Origin: Utricularia gibba
Taxonomy: Eukaryota; Plantae; Magnoliophyta
Length of the DNA stretch: 64,000 bases
Direction of reading: 5' to 3'
NCBI GenBank assembly: GCA_002189035.1
Contig: CM007989.1
Span: forward strand, 1,984,001-2,048,000
Below are positions 1 to 12,028 of this stretch, piece by piece (position 1 is the first letter of the stretch; the number at the start of each line of letters is the position of its first letter). Position numbers and translations under genes: made by a program. The notes under the pieces are model-generated. The model had not been told where the DNA came from, made no database searches, and saw only the letters and a list, made by a program, of their open reading frames with translations.

Positions 1-4
1 TTAG

Positions 5-222
5 CAGATAAACTGCTTCTTGTTGCTGCCGTTTTGTCAGCCTCTTGATTTGGTTAATCCTCATCTGGTGAAGTTTCATTTTCATGTTGCAAATGTATAG
101 TCTTCATTTTTAGTCAGATTCCCTTCATACCGAATCTTTTTCACTCAGGATGCTGCTATGAGATCTACGTCAAGGCCATCACGCGCGAGGAAGCTCGCAA
201 GAAAGTCAGTGAAAGTGCTTAG
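5..222 (+). CDS. Last two coding exons of an unidentified gene entering from the left edge (about 5-52 and 118-222)
   Basis: GT at 53 and CAG at 115-117 bound a 65-nt intron; joined frame reads QINCFLLLPFCQPLDL/IPFIPNLFHSGCCYEIYVKAITREEARKKVSESA* with TAG at 220-222. Product not recognised. Confidence 0.45.
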
Positions 223-806
223 GTGTTCTTGAGTCATTCGTAATAATCCCCAAGGCCCCCCAAGGCTCGTCTGGGTACGCGAGCGAGTCAAAATGCAAGA
301 GCAGCAGCATCTCTTTGTTTTTCAGGTGAATCATGTGTTTGATGGAATACGCCATCCATTCCATAATAAGCACTTGTTGACACGGTACAATGTTATATGA
401 GATGCATGTCATAGATGGCAGATTTATCTGAGTTGAACAAGTTCCCTTTTTCCCCTTGGTGTAGGAAGCATCAAATATAACATTAAGAGCCCGCTCCCTA
501 AAGTTTCAAACTTTGTGCAGATAATATTACTTAAGCTATGAATTCTACACTTGGATATTGTCATCTTATTATACAGAGCAAGTCTGCCCTCAAAAGCAGC
601 AGAAAGATGAGTTCAGACTTCAAAGTGCATAAGGTTGGCTTGGGGAGAGGTGGCTTCAAGTGGTATTGGTTCATTTTACAGCAACATTGACGCAAATGCA
701 ACAGTAACAAGGAATAATTAATCTGATACGCCTGTTGAAGATGCTTCTTGTACCTCATAACCAAGTGCAGGGAAGACGAAGTAATTGGAAGTGAAGAGAG
801 TAATGA

Positions 807-3800
807 TTAGACAGAAGGAAAGTACTTGTTGAGATTGAACGGCAAGGAGTAGAACTCTTCACTTCTTGTATCAGTCTTGAAGGACCGGAACTTGTCCCAC
901 CAGTGCTTCCCCCTGTCCTTCCTAATCTGGTTGTCTTTCTTGTGAAGGGTGTTGTCGAGGAAGTATGCGAGCACCCCAGCCACGAAGGCTTTTGAAGAGA
1001 ACGGCACGTTCACCATGTCATTGAACTGGATAGGCAAGCACAGCAATCATAAGGATCTGGATACAGAGGGATGAAATCCAACAGATGCCTTCTCAAGCTT
1101 ACCCATCGTGCCGTTGTGTGGACAGGGCCATAGCCATTGATTGCAACATACTCATTGAAGTACTGTGGAATCGAGAGACCGAGAAAAATGGATAGCCCAA
1201 GGATGAACTTGGTCCTGAAACTGTTCAGGTTGCAGAACTGAAGGAAGCTCAGACCAGCTGAACCTGTGTGCATCACCAAGGACAGGAATCAGGAATGATG
1301 AACCATTTTATAGGAGCTAAAAAAGTGTTCCCAGGTCACAGACAGTGGTGGAGCTTCGTCAAACATGGTTAAGAAGCAAGGCATTGAGCCATACCAACAT
1401 ATGCGAAGAAGAGGCAGTACAAGGCTGCAACGATAGGGTCGGAATCGAAGCAAACACAGCTCCAAACTTGCCTGTTTGGTCACTTAGTCAGAGGTAATGC
1501 AGATGATGCGGTAGGAGGTAATAATTACAAGGGAGTAGTTGTTTACCTAGAATAGAAAAGAAGAGCATGAATCCGGCAGAAATCTGTACAACTCTACGGC
1601 TGCCAACACGAGTCAGGGCTAGTAGGCCAGCGTTCTCACTGCAACCAAGAGAGTAGCAGCACACACAAAGTGACGTGATGGAACAGAATTTAACTGGGAA
1701 TGAGCTTGCCTATATAGATATCTCACATTGACACAGAAGATCCACTAGCAGTCCCGAACAGTCCAGATAACAAGATGGCGATGCCCTGGTGGGAGTAAAT
1801 CAAACTTGATTGTTGTGTATAAAGTGAGCAGACTAAACAAGGGCTTGACTGATTCTAACCTGCCATCCAACACCACGGCTAAGGATAGATGGAGGCAAAG
1901 GTGTTGCACTGGCAAATCTGGACACAGCTATGAAGCCTCCAGTCGACTGAACTTAAAAGGAAAGCAGATGTTAGTTAGAAAATGAAGAGTTGGGCCCAGA
2001 CACGATCTCTAGGGAAGAGCAGTTTTTTAGAAGACCTCAACAAGAGCCACGAATGCAGCGAACATCATTGCAAAGGCTTCACCAGCATCAAAAGAAGGGG
2101 CCCCCCATTGAAAAGGGTATGGCACACTTATCCTGAAATAAGCAATGCAACCAACATGTGAATGATAGCCAGGGCTGCCTCCTTTGAGCAAAGTTCCAGA
2201 ACCAAACACTGGTTTACCATGGAGCTGCATCAATGAGTCCAGCACGATCTGTTCTGCAACTTACTTGTGTCTTTAATGGAGCACCATTATATGCACCACC
2301 AACAGTCAGCAGATGAGCATAGATCCACACAATTACCACAGAGAAGATGACTGCAAATCGGTCAAAAATGTTCTTTGCGGGCTTTATAACGTGGACTAGG
2401 TACTGTATTCATCCAGAGAATCATTCCATCAGGCGAATGATGCCAATTATAAGGAAGTGCAGCAACGCAACAATGTCTTTTGTCACATACCTGGGAGAAC
2501 AGCACTAAAATGACAAGCTCTGGCAACCCAACTTCCACACATTTGGCCACCTAAAGCATCACAGGAAGGATGGATTTTAGTGACTGGGAGACCAAAACCA
2601 GAAAGGATATGCACGTACCCCTGGAAAACCTAGTTCATAGAGACCGAAACCAGCAAGAGCAACCAAGGGAACTGCAGAAAGTGGGCTCAGAAACCTGCAG
2701 TAGTTGACATCAGAGGTTAGTTGCAGCTAAATAGAAGTAATCTGTTCGACAAGAATTTGGGTAATGAGAGTGAACCTTGAAACATTACGCCAAAGACCAC
2801 TGAAACCTAGGACTATTTGTATGGTTGAAGCAACGATAAGTGCTCCCTGAGTAGCACGCATTATTTTCCGGAACCTCTGGCAGGGAGGGGCATTCACCAT
2901 TAACATCATATACAAGAAAATTGAATACAATAACGAAATAATGAACTGATCCTTGACATGCTAATTTTCTTGTAAAACTGTGAAGCAAGTCTCATGGACC
3001 AGTGTGTTGTTAGAAGTAGCAAGATGAAACATAAAAGAAGCCATACAGACCGATTCAGGATCTGGGTCACTCCATCTGCCAGAAAGTATAATAGAGATGG
3101 TCGGCGCAACGAATGTGTAAGAACCTCCAATTACAACAGGCAGCCTTGTTCCAAACCAAGTTTGTAGCAGGGTATTTAGTCCGGCAACAAACAGCAAAGT
3201 CTGAATGACTCTTGCCTTCTCTTCCTGAAAAAAAGAAGCTGGCTTAAGGTTACACAAGAGCATAAATGGTCAAGAGAATCAAAATGCAAAGGACTTTAAA
3301 AAACTTGCATTTCCCCCTCCCATTTGAGGAACCAGAGCTGTGGGTATGATGACAGTTGTTCCAAGCATCACAAGATAGTGTTGAAATCCAAGAAGTATGG
3401 CTTCAGCTGCAAAAAGATGCATGAGTTCAAATAACAACACAAATCACCATTTCTTCCAGTAAAACTTCAGAAAATAATAGCATCACAGTGCACATCAATA
3501 TCAATCAATCTGAAAATAGGGGAATCTCATGACGAGAAAATCAAGGGTCACCATCTGTATTTCCAAATCGGTTGAAATCTCATCAACAGTAAATCTCAGC
3601 ATGAAATAAGGTCACCATCTGTATTTTCACAGCAAGTTCAAACTGGCCAGTTTGCAGTTGAAACCAATTTTTACCGCAAATGTCACCATCATCATATGGA
3701 TAGAAAGTAATCAGAATCATTGTTTTACACTTAACACTGCCCAAAAGGCTAAAGTAGAATGGAACAACTCCGAGGAATAACATTGAACTACAAGAATCAA

Positions 3801-4158
3801 TTCCAGTCTTTTCGCAAATTCAGTTGGTATCCAAAACAACAGGCTGCGGTCAAGGAAAATATTCTGCTAGAACTTTCAACCAAAACCCAGAGAGGGAATA
3901 TGCTCCAAAAAGGATGTGCAACATGAATTAATTAAAGATCATATGAAAGCTTTAGAAAATAGACACAAGTTAAGATTAAATACAAGGAGAGCGACCCAAA
4001 ACCACTTGGAATTAAGCATAAGAAATTAACAAGGAAACAGGAGACTAACGCCATGGAGGTGGACTGGTGATGCAGTAAGAAACATTGGGAAGCTGATCTT
4101 TGGGTGTGTGCGGCGCTGGCTCGTCTGATTTTGCTCCGGAACCTCCACCACCTGCCAT
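807..4158 (-). CDS. NAT6: Nucleobase-ascorbate transporter, NAT6/7-like, 14 coding exons; one apparent -1 frameshift at 1436-1438
   Basis: Starts MAGGGGSGAKSDEPAPHTPKDQLPNVSYCITSPPPW; contains ENAGLLALTRVGSRRVVQISAGFM signature; ends SEEFYSLPFNLNKYFPSV*. Exons joined by hand. Paralog number not certain. Confidence 0.93.
3225..3308 (-). other. GC-AG intron in NAT gene
   Basis: Exon ends CAA ATG GGA GGG GGA AAT then GCAAGT; acceptor TTTCAG precedes GAA GAG AAG GCA, restoring QMGGGN/EEKARVIQ. Confidence 0.85.
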
Positions 4159-4173
4159 TTCTTCCTTCTACTC

Positions 4174-4596
4174 CTAAACCGAAATTCCAGAAAAAGGTTT
4201 AAGAAAATAAAGCGTTGAGAGAGAGACCCAGATTTTGCAGGTGCCCCGAGAAAACCAAATCTACCAAAGACAAGAACAGCAAACAGAATAAAACAAGGGA
4301 AAATTGAACGTCTAGAAAAAAAAACCCAAATAAAAATACTGAGAGAATGGGAAGGAGAAATGAACCGACAGCAAAGAACACCACCACAGACCTCTTTAAG
4401 TGTGCAGTTACAATGTTAAAAAAAAAAAAAAGAAACCATGCTTTTAAACAGGGAAAGGTGTTGCAACCAAGCCTGAAACAAGAAAAAATGCACAGAAAGG
4501 GTAAACACCAAAGTGGAAAAACGAGAAACCACCCAAATTGTGGAGTACTTCAGCTCCCCGAGAAGCTGAAAAATAAAAAATTGTGCCCCACCTCAC
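4174..4596 (-). other. Probable 5' UTR intron of NAT gene
   Basis: Donor CAG/GTGAGG at 4596, T-rich interior, acceptor GTTTAG ending at 4174, 15 nt upstream of the ATG. Confidence 0.6.
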
Positions 4597-4750
4597 CTGA
4601 GTGAAAAAGAGAAAAAAAAGCTTGAGTTGAGCAGAGCAAAGATAGGAAGAGAGGAAACTAGAACAGGGATGGCGTTGCTCAACAGAAGAGAGATGGGACT
4701 AGAAAACGTCGAGGAGGAAAAAAAGTGGCTTTGCTAACCCCACACCCACC

Positions 4751-4755
<5 letters not shown>

Positions 4756-4785
<30 letters not shown>
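4756..4785. repeat. (TC)15 microsatellite at NAT promoter/5' end
   Basis: Direct reading of sequence; GAGA-type element. Confidence 0.95.
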
Positions 4786-4786
<1 letters not shown>

Positions 4787-7700
4787 AAATACGGGTGCAA
4801 ATTGCAAAAGCTCGCTCATAGCTATTCGTTTGTCTGGGTAAAACAGAAAATGAAAGAAAGTGAAAAGAAAAAAACACACACACACACATCGGAGAAGGGA
4901 ATCTCTAACCAGTTCTGCAAATGCTTTAATTATGAGGCGTTCCTTTGCCTTCTGCCTGTTTTCTGTTGCTGCAGTTACTCCAGCAAATGCCCTGCTTCAC
5001 TAATGCAAAGCTGCAACATTTTTTTTCTCTCTTTTCTTTTCTTCTTTTTTTTTTTGTTACGTCAACCCAGCAGCATCACATCCCACCATTTGAAAAGGCA
5101 CTCGCACCTACTTCATCATCTTCAACAAATTCCAGCGTCACAAATCCCACTATTCATTTACCAGTGCATTCTAACATGCCAAGTTGAATGTTTTAACACA
5201 GTATGACGTATATGAGATCAGACTGCTACTTCAACTCAAACCCATCGTTTAAATTCAAGCATGCTCATCTCACCTCGACTCCGATTATAGCTAGTATGAT
5301 CATTCGTTACTTTCGTTATAGAAATTGCAAGACTTGGCAGCTTTCGTTATAAAAAGTGATTGTGGTTATGATTCCCGAAGTTTCTTTAATCAAGGTCGAT
5401 GAGGACATGAAAAACGGAAGTGAAAGGGGGGAGGGTTGGAGCAGGAGAGCAAGAAAGTTATGACAGGAGCAGATGAAGAGTGCAGGGAATCTCTTATATG
5501 CATTCAACTTTATACTCTGTGTGTTCTGTCGGGATCTGCTTGCCGCTGCTATCTCCCCCCTTCATTCGAGAACTAACAATCCCTCCCCGCCAACGGAGTC
5601 TGGAGGGAAAAGAGAAGAGAAGACAGAAGAGCCTCCCTCCTCACCTGTGGACACACTTCCCATGTCATAAACTTTACACTATTTTCAGCCTCATCATACG
5701 AGAATCAATTATCCTCAATGGAAAGTGAGGGTGAAGACATCCGAATTAAGGGTGTTAAAAAAGATTCAACCTTTCAGTTAATGGCCTAAAAATTTTGAAA
5801 CACATGCTTTCTTGGCTTATTGGTTGATGCATATTATAGCCTAAGAAACGCTGTGTGACACATAATCAATCTTGGGTTAAGTCCCCACCCAAGTGACGTG
5901 TGCTAAGTTTTTTTCCTTACTTTATAGTGCAGGACAACCGCTTTCATCTCTACCCTGGAAAGGTGATGGTGAGATGGTCGCTTCTTTTCCTATATCTTAT
6001 CTGCAATTAAATATGAAGTCTGGAGGTGGTTAAGGAAGAGATGGTGTGCTGAGTGGTGGTGTCATGTCATGTCTGATGGTATCATTCAAGGGAATCCTCC
6101 TCATTCTCATTCCTGTTCTTCATAATTGCAGGAACAATGGAGATCCATTGAACTTTATGCCTGTTTTGCAGTAAGCAGTACATGGAGACAGGATTATGAT
6201 GATGTGCATTCTGGACACTGGGTGTGTATGCTCTGGAATACCTCCCCATCCCAATGCCCAGAAATTGATGATATCAATCTAATCCCCAGAACCTCTTAAA
6301 AAAAAAGGCTAGTTGCTATTTACCCCATGAGCAAACACAAGTGACTCTCTGCATAAGTAAATTGCACATTGTGCACCCTCCTCGCCCCATCTGGTTCAGT
6401 CAACACGAAGGGCCATTCTGCGTATCTTAAACACTGGGGCCAGGGGGGATTCCATATAGCAAGACTTTTCCTTTTTACCACTATGCGTACTGTAGGTGTG
6501 CATGGATGGAAGGCGTCGGCTATGGAGTCTGGGGAAAGATGAGATTGTGGAAGACAGTTGTCACCCTGTGGACCCCAACCTGGAGGGGTACGTACACATG
6601 TCTCTCTCCATCCCCCTATCTTGTGAAGGCGAAGGAAAGGAAAACAAGGGGAGGTGTCGAAGGAGGCTCATCACCTAATGTTTGTCTTCTTCAAATGTGT
6701 GTTGAAAGCTTTTAGTGATGATATTATTGGCACGAATTACCTACCTCCATGATCGACCTACAAAGGCAAAGGCCTCCTTCCTCCTAAAGGGAAGGGGCCC
6801 TAGCGCCCGCGTGCTAACCTCCGCATCATTGTAAAAAACACACCATTACTCATCCTTCCTTCCCCATGTGTAACTGTAGTAATCAGCAAGCACACCCTCT
6901 GTGGGATAGGGTGGAGGTAGAAAGAATTCAATGTTGTTTGGGCATACGGACCCAGCTCTAAGGGAACAACCCACTTTGTTCCTACACAAACCAGGATTCA
7001 ACTTAACTGGTCTCCAGAAGAAACAAGGATGGCAGCAGAACATGCTGTCTGTCATGAGATAGCACAAAAAGATGTGTGCTTTTTTCCCATTTCAAACTAA
7101 CATTAATCGTTTTTGGTGATCTCTTACACTAGACACACTCAAAAATTCTTCTGCTGAATCGAGAAATATCCAATCTGAACATCTGTATAAAGTGTTAGTT
7201 CCTTTTCTATAAACAAATGATGGCCATTTTGCTTCTATCAACCTCCTACTTCCTCATGTGGAGTTTTCACCTAACGATTTGCATAATGCAGTAGCCTACT
7301 TGCATGATTCAGTGTTTTGGGCCATCATTATTTGCATTTATTTATCGTTTTTCAATCATTATTACTGACTAAAGTAGTGTTAATGGTTTGAGATTATAAG
7401 ACAACATAATGTTTTGAACCAGTATGGAATCATATTCTGGAATGAACCAGCAATCACTCCTTGACATTTCTCTGTTGATGGCTGCTCAACAGGAAACCCG
7501 AACCAGCTCTTATTTGCACTTTTGCAGCACTAAACAGCTTGTATAGTTTCCATCCACAACCATATTAACTCTGCTGTAGTTACATGATTTGCTCTGGGGT
7601 CCAACAAACAGCATTACTCTAAAGTCTAACAAATCCCTGTCATGCATGTCGGTTTCCTAACCAGTTGCACTCTTTTCATATTAAGAAAAGTAGGTCATTC

Positions 7701-8175
7701 ATGGGACGAAGATGTGAGGCGCCGGAGCTTTCATAGAAAGCAGGCCACACCAATGCAGCAACTGCTAACTCACAGCAGCCCCCAACGCTGTTACTTTCAA
7801 CGTTTTCCGTCATTAGGCATGTGTTGTGGGGGTGAAAGATGAACGGGGGGGAAGGAACGGGATTGATGTTAGAGGGGTGGGGGCTGCTCCGGTGGGCGAC
7901 AAAGGACGGCGTTGGCATCCCCACCATCAATCACCTTGACCATTCTGCTGGTGCCTGTTTCCTTGCCCCTATGCGTAGATTTTGATGCCTTCTTCTCTTT
8001 ACGGAAGCTTTTTTGCCATCTTCTCTCCTGCGGTCGTAGTAGCGGTGGTTACATGGTCTCTGTTTAGGAATGATTCCGGCTGTCGCCAACTTGGCCGAGG
8101 AATTGGTTGGGAGGAGGGCTACCTGCATAAGAGAGTCTTAACTTTTACAGCATCAATCAATTAGGTATTCGATTT

Positions 8176-8231
8176 GGCCCATTTGGGTTTAAATGGGCTT
8201 TTGGGCCCAATATGTAATCATGACTAGCCCA
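8176..8231 (+). promoter_or_regulatory. Cluster of Site II (TGGGCY/RGCCCA) elements, GPN3 promoter
   Basis: GGCCCA 8176, TGGGCT 8194, TGGGCC/GGCCCA 8202-8209, AGCCCA 8226; typical TCP-bound housekeeping promoter arrangement. Confidence 0.7.
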
Positions 8232-8679
8232 AGTTCTGTAGGCTCGTTTCCCTTTTTCCACACTCTACTTCACTATCAAAATCCGAAACGTCGCAGGGTT
8301 TTGCGTGTCCTCGTCGGTCTACGCTCAGGTTTGTGCAATCTGGTTTCTTGGTCCATCTCGCTATAAATTTCCTCTTCATGGAGGTTTCTTTGTTATTTAT
8401 TTTTGTGGTTCTTTCGTTGCGTCTATGTTGCCGATTCTTGGGGACCTTGTTTTTTGCCAATTGAAGTCTATTCCTGGGGTTCCATTTTTCCTTGTTTCAT
8501 CTTTCTCGTTTTGCTTCGATAGTCCGTGACAAATTGGTGTTTTATAAATCATCACAATCAATCACACGTTTGTATGGGGGCTGTGATTAAGTTTCCTTTT
8601 TGATGATTTTACTTTGTATTGTAATGTTTATGATTTCTTAAGGTTGCGCAGCTGTCCCTCTTATTGGTGGCATTGTTAT

Positions 8680-8784
8680 ATGGGCTTCCTTGATTCTGTT
8701 AGATTGCTTCTAGCTGCTGCTGTCTGGGGTGCTACGTACACAGTGGTAGTTGTGCTTAAACTCTGCTGTTGCTCTCGAATTTGA
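8680..8784 (+). CDS. 34-aa upstream ORF in GPN3 leader (MGFLDSVRLLLAAAVWGATYTVVVVLKLCCCSRI*)
   Basis: ATG 8680, TGA 8782-8784, inside the exon that begins after GCGCAG at 8651 and runs to the main ATG at 8832. Confidence 0.65.
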   Translation: MGFLDSVRLLLAAAVWGATYTVVVVLKLCCCSRI

Positions 8785-8831
8785 GGATTCTGCACCTGCA
8801 AAGAGATATAAATCTGTAAATAACAGAAGTC

Positions 8832-10738
8832 ATGGGCTATGCACAACTTGTCATTGGGCCTGCGGGCAGTGGGAAGGTTAAGTTTGGATTTTATTTCATT
8901 AATCGGTCCATGAGATCGCATGTATTGTTTTCAAGATGTCTTGCCAGGTTTAGATTAATAACACTTAGTTTTAATTGTGGCCGCAGTCTACGTACTGTTC
9001 CAGTTTGCATCAACACTGTGAAACTGTTGGCCGCTCAATCCATATCGTAAACTTGGATCCTGCTGCAGAAAATTTTAACTACCCTGTTGCGATGGGTAAG
9101 GATTTGGAAATTGATATTCTGTTTCATTTAGTACGATGACCATTTGCTAACCCTGTGTTTTGTAATTTGAGTTTTCATTTTCAGATATTAGAGAACTCAT
9201 TTCTCTGGATGATGTGATGGAAGAACTTGGCTTAGGTCCAAATGGGGGCCTTATTTATTGCATGGAGTATCCCATATGTTACGAGTTTCTGTTCTCTACT
9301 TTTGCTGAATGCTGTAGAACATCAAGTGAAAAACTACTGCCAGTTTTCTTCCTATTGTTTATCTTTGTATCCTTAACTTAGTCTTCAGACATCTGGAGGA
9401 AAACTTGGACGATTGGCTGACCGAAGAGTTGGATAATTACCTTGATGATGATTACTTGGTTTTTGACTGCCCAGGTACGCTTCTCCATCCCTGTATCCTT
9501 GCTCATGGGGGTTGCGGATAACATGTGCACTGAACATCGAAATGCCATGAGGAAAACTAATTTTGCGTGCTTCAACTTCTTTGTCTCAATGGAATGCATA
9601 ATGAACCAAAAAGAGCAGTAATTAATTGTAGCCAAGTGCTCCATGTATTTGAACTCCATCTGTGGTGTAATGTTGACATTAATTTCTGATTAGTCAATTT
9701 TATACTGAGGTATGCAGGGCAAATAGAACTCTTTTCCCATGTACCTGTGCTTAAGAACTTTGTGGAGCACTTGAGGCGCAAAAACTTCAATGTGTGTGCT
9801 GTATACTTACTTGACTCACAGGTTGTCATTGTTTTTTATTTTATTGAGTGGCTTTCTTCTGATTCTGTTTAATTTAACAATGCTTTTGCGGCCCTGTGTT
9901 TAGTTTATAACAGATGTGACCAAGTTTATCAGTGGTTGCATGGCGTCACTTTCTGCAATGGTTCAACTCGAGCTACCTCATGTTAATGTTCTCTCGAAAA
10001 TGGACCTAGTGACAAACAAGAGGGATATTGAGAAGTGAGTTATGGTTACAACTGAGAAATCTTTTCGAGAAGCTTATGTGGGGAGCTTAACGATAACTGT
10101 TTCAATGCCATCTTAGTTACTTGAACCCAGAACCTCAGTCATTGTTGGCAGAGTTGAACCAACGAATGGCACCTCAGTTTGGGAAGCTTAATAAAACCTT
10201 GATTGATTTGGTATGTTTCTCCTCTGATACATATTTTCCTGATGTTTAAAAATGTGATCCCCAACCCTTGGTAGAATCAGAAGTTTCATGCGTGCAAATG
10301 TTGTGCTGTACACTATTTTCGTATGTAACTTGATCTTATGTTCTTCGGCATCAGGTGGACCAATACAGCATGGTTAGCTTTATTCCTCTTGATTTGAGAA
10401 AGGAGAAGAGGTACTGACATTACAAGGATCCATTTTTTTTTGTCAGCAACCAAAACTTTATATTGTTTCTTCCGTTGACTGTGTCTTGTATCACTGTTTT
10501 ACCCCCATTAGTTGCTTTTCTGTTTAAATTTCTGTTTTTTATGGAACTGAGATGCTTGTAATGTAATGGTTTATAAGATAACCATGCACTTGAAGAATGC
10601 AGTATTTTAGTTTACTAATATCTTTTTTTGCACGATTTTTTCAGCATTCAGTATGTGTTGTCGCAAATCGATTACTGCATTCAGTATGGAGAAGACGCAG
10701 ATGTCAAGGTGAAGGATTTTGATCCAGAGGACGACTGA
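8832..10738 (+). CDS. GPN3: GPN-loop GTPase 3, 9 coding exons
   Basis: [20 protein letters not shown]-loop, NLDPAAE, LGPNGG (GPN loop), FDCPGQIELF, SKMD; ends [18 protein letters not shown]. Confidence 0.96.
9267..9388 (+). other. U12-type (minor spliceosome) GT-AG intron in GPN3
   Basis: 5' end GTATCCCAT, branch point TCCTTAAC at 9370-9377 about 12 nt before CAG, no long polypyrimidine tract; joining gives YCME/HLEENL. Confidence 0.8.
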
Positions 10739-11065
10739 GAGCTGCTCATGCCGGTCTTTCGTGGATCCGAATCAGGGTTTAATCAACTTTGACCCAATAG
10801 GAGTTTATTTGAGGTTGTGCAGCTTCACTTGCCCTAGTATGTAGTGCAATATGTTTTTGTTACTAAAATTGTAAGCCTTTTTCAAGCTTGAAAATATGTT
10901 GGTGGCACACCCACCCTCACACTCTGATCATTGAATTCGTGATATATGAATATGAATGGTTTGGGGTATCATGCCATCCACAGGAAAGTTGCAATGATCC
11001 AAATTCCTGCAGTTTTTTGTGCACTGTCATAAGCAGCTGGCGCATGCCATGGCTAAAAGTGATGC

Positions 11066-12028
11066 CTAGGATTTAATTCCATCAAGTTGTGTACCTGTTA
11101 CTGCGAGCTCCAGCTCTGATAGCCCCTTCCATGTGTTCCATGATGCTGCCGAGTATGCTGGATGAAAAAGCCATTAAACCATGGAGGAGCCATTGCTGAC
11201 AACATGATGAATTAGGTGGTTACCTGAATCACACTCTGAAGTCGAGTTCCAGCTCCCACACAAGCACAGGTACGTGTTTGCTGCAATGTCATAGCCGCAG
11301 GATCCTCCGGTGGCTTCACAGGCACGGCATTGCCCTGTGCTCCCGTGCACAGAGTACTTGACATGGATACCGTATTCCCATTCTTCTGGCTTCATCGCTT
11401 TGAGGGGAGCCAGGCTGTAAGCACTGCTGTAGCCCTGGCAATCAAGCTTGGAAAGATTCACTCTCTTGATGGTCTGGAATCCAACCGAGCAGCAATCTGG
11501 AGTGCCGGAGTCGTACTTCCGGCTGTCCGACCGCGGCCTGATTATCTCCCAAGCAGGGCAGGCGTAGTACTCATCGCACCCCAGGCCTGAAACATTCCCA
11601 CAGAGCAAATGCCCCTGGAAGACCGGGGACCGAGCGGAGCAGCCGATGAGCATGAAGACGTTGTTGGTGGTGGGGCTCAGGTACATCGCCCGCCATGGCT
11701 CGACGACGAACCCGTTGCCCCGCCCTCCCAGGACTATGGAGCTGCAAGTGGACATGTGAGGCTCCTGCAGCACCAGGGAGCCGTAGGCGTAGTCGATATT
11801 CAGAACACGGTACGATCCTGAACTTATGTGAAGCATCAGTACATCATTGATGCAGAAGAGGAGCTCCCTGAACCCCTGATGCCCGCACCCCGGCTGAAGC
11901 CCAAATGGGTAATCGATCGTCAGGTTCCCGCAGATGGAACGGCATGCTTTGCTTTGGCCATAGGCATCCACAAGAATGTGGGATGCAACAAGAATGTAAA
12001 AGAAGAAGAAGAAGAAGAAGCAAGCCAT
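11066..12028 (-). CDS. Secreted WAK-associated protein (galacturonan-binding GUB_WAK plus WAK_assoc Cys-rich domains, no kinase)
   Basis: Signal peptide MACFFFFFFFYILVASHILV, CRSICGNLTIDYPFGLQPGCGH, C-terminal CRACEATGGSCGYD...CLC. Exon 1 11224-12028; short second exon 11066-11157 is tentative. Confidence 0.85.

Noticed and set aside
5400-5700. Possible miRNA hairpin (TGACAG...CTGTC)
   Set aside because: Pairing breaks down after about 5 bp and no conserved plant miRNA sequence that I know is present.
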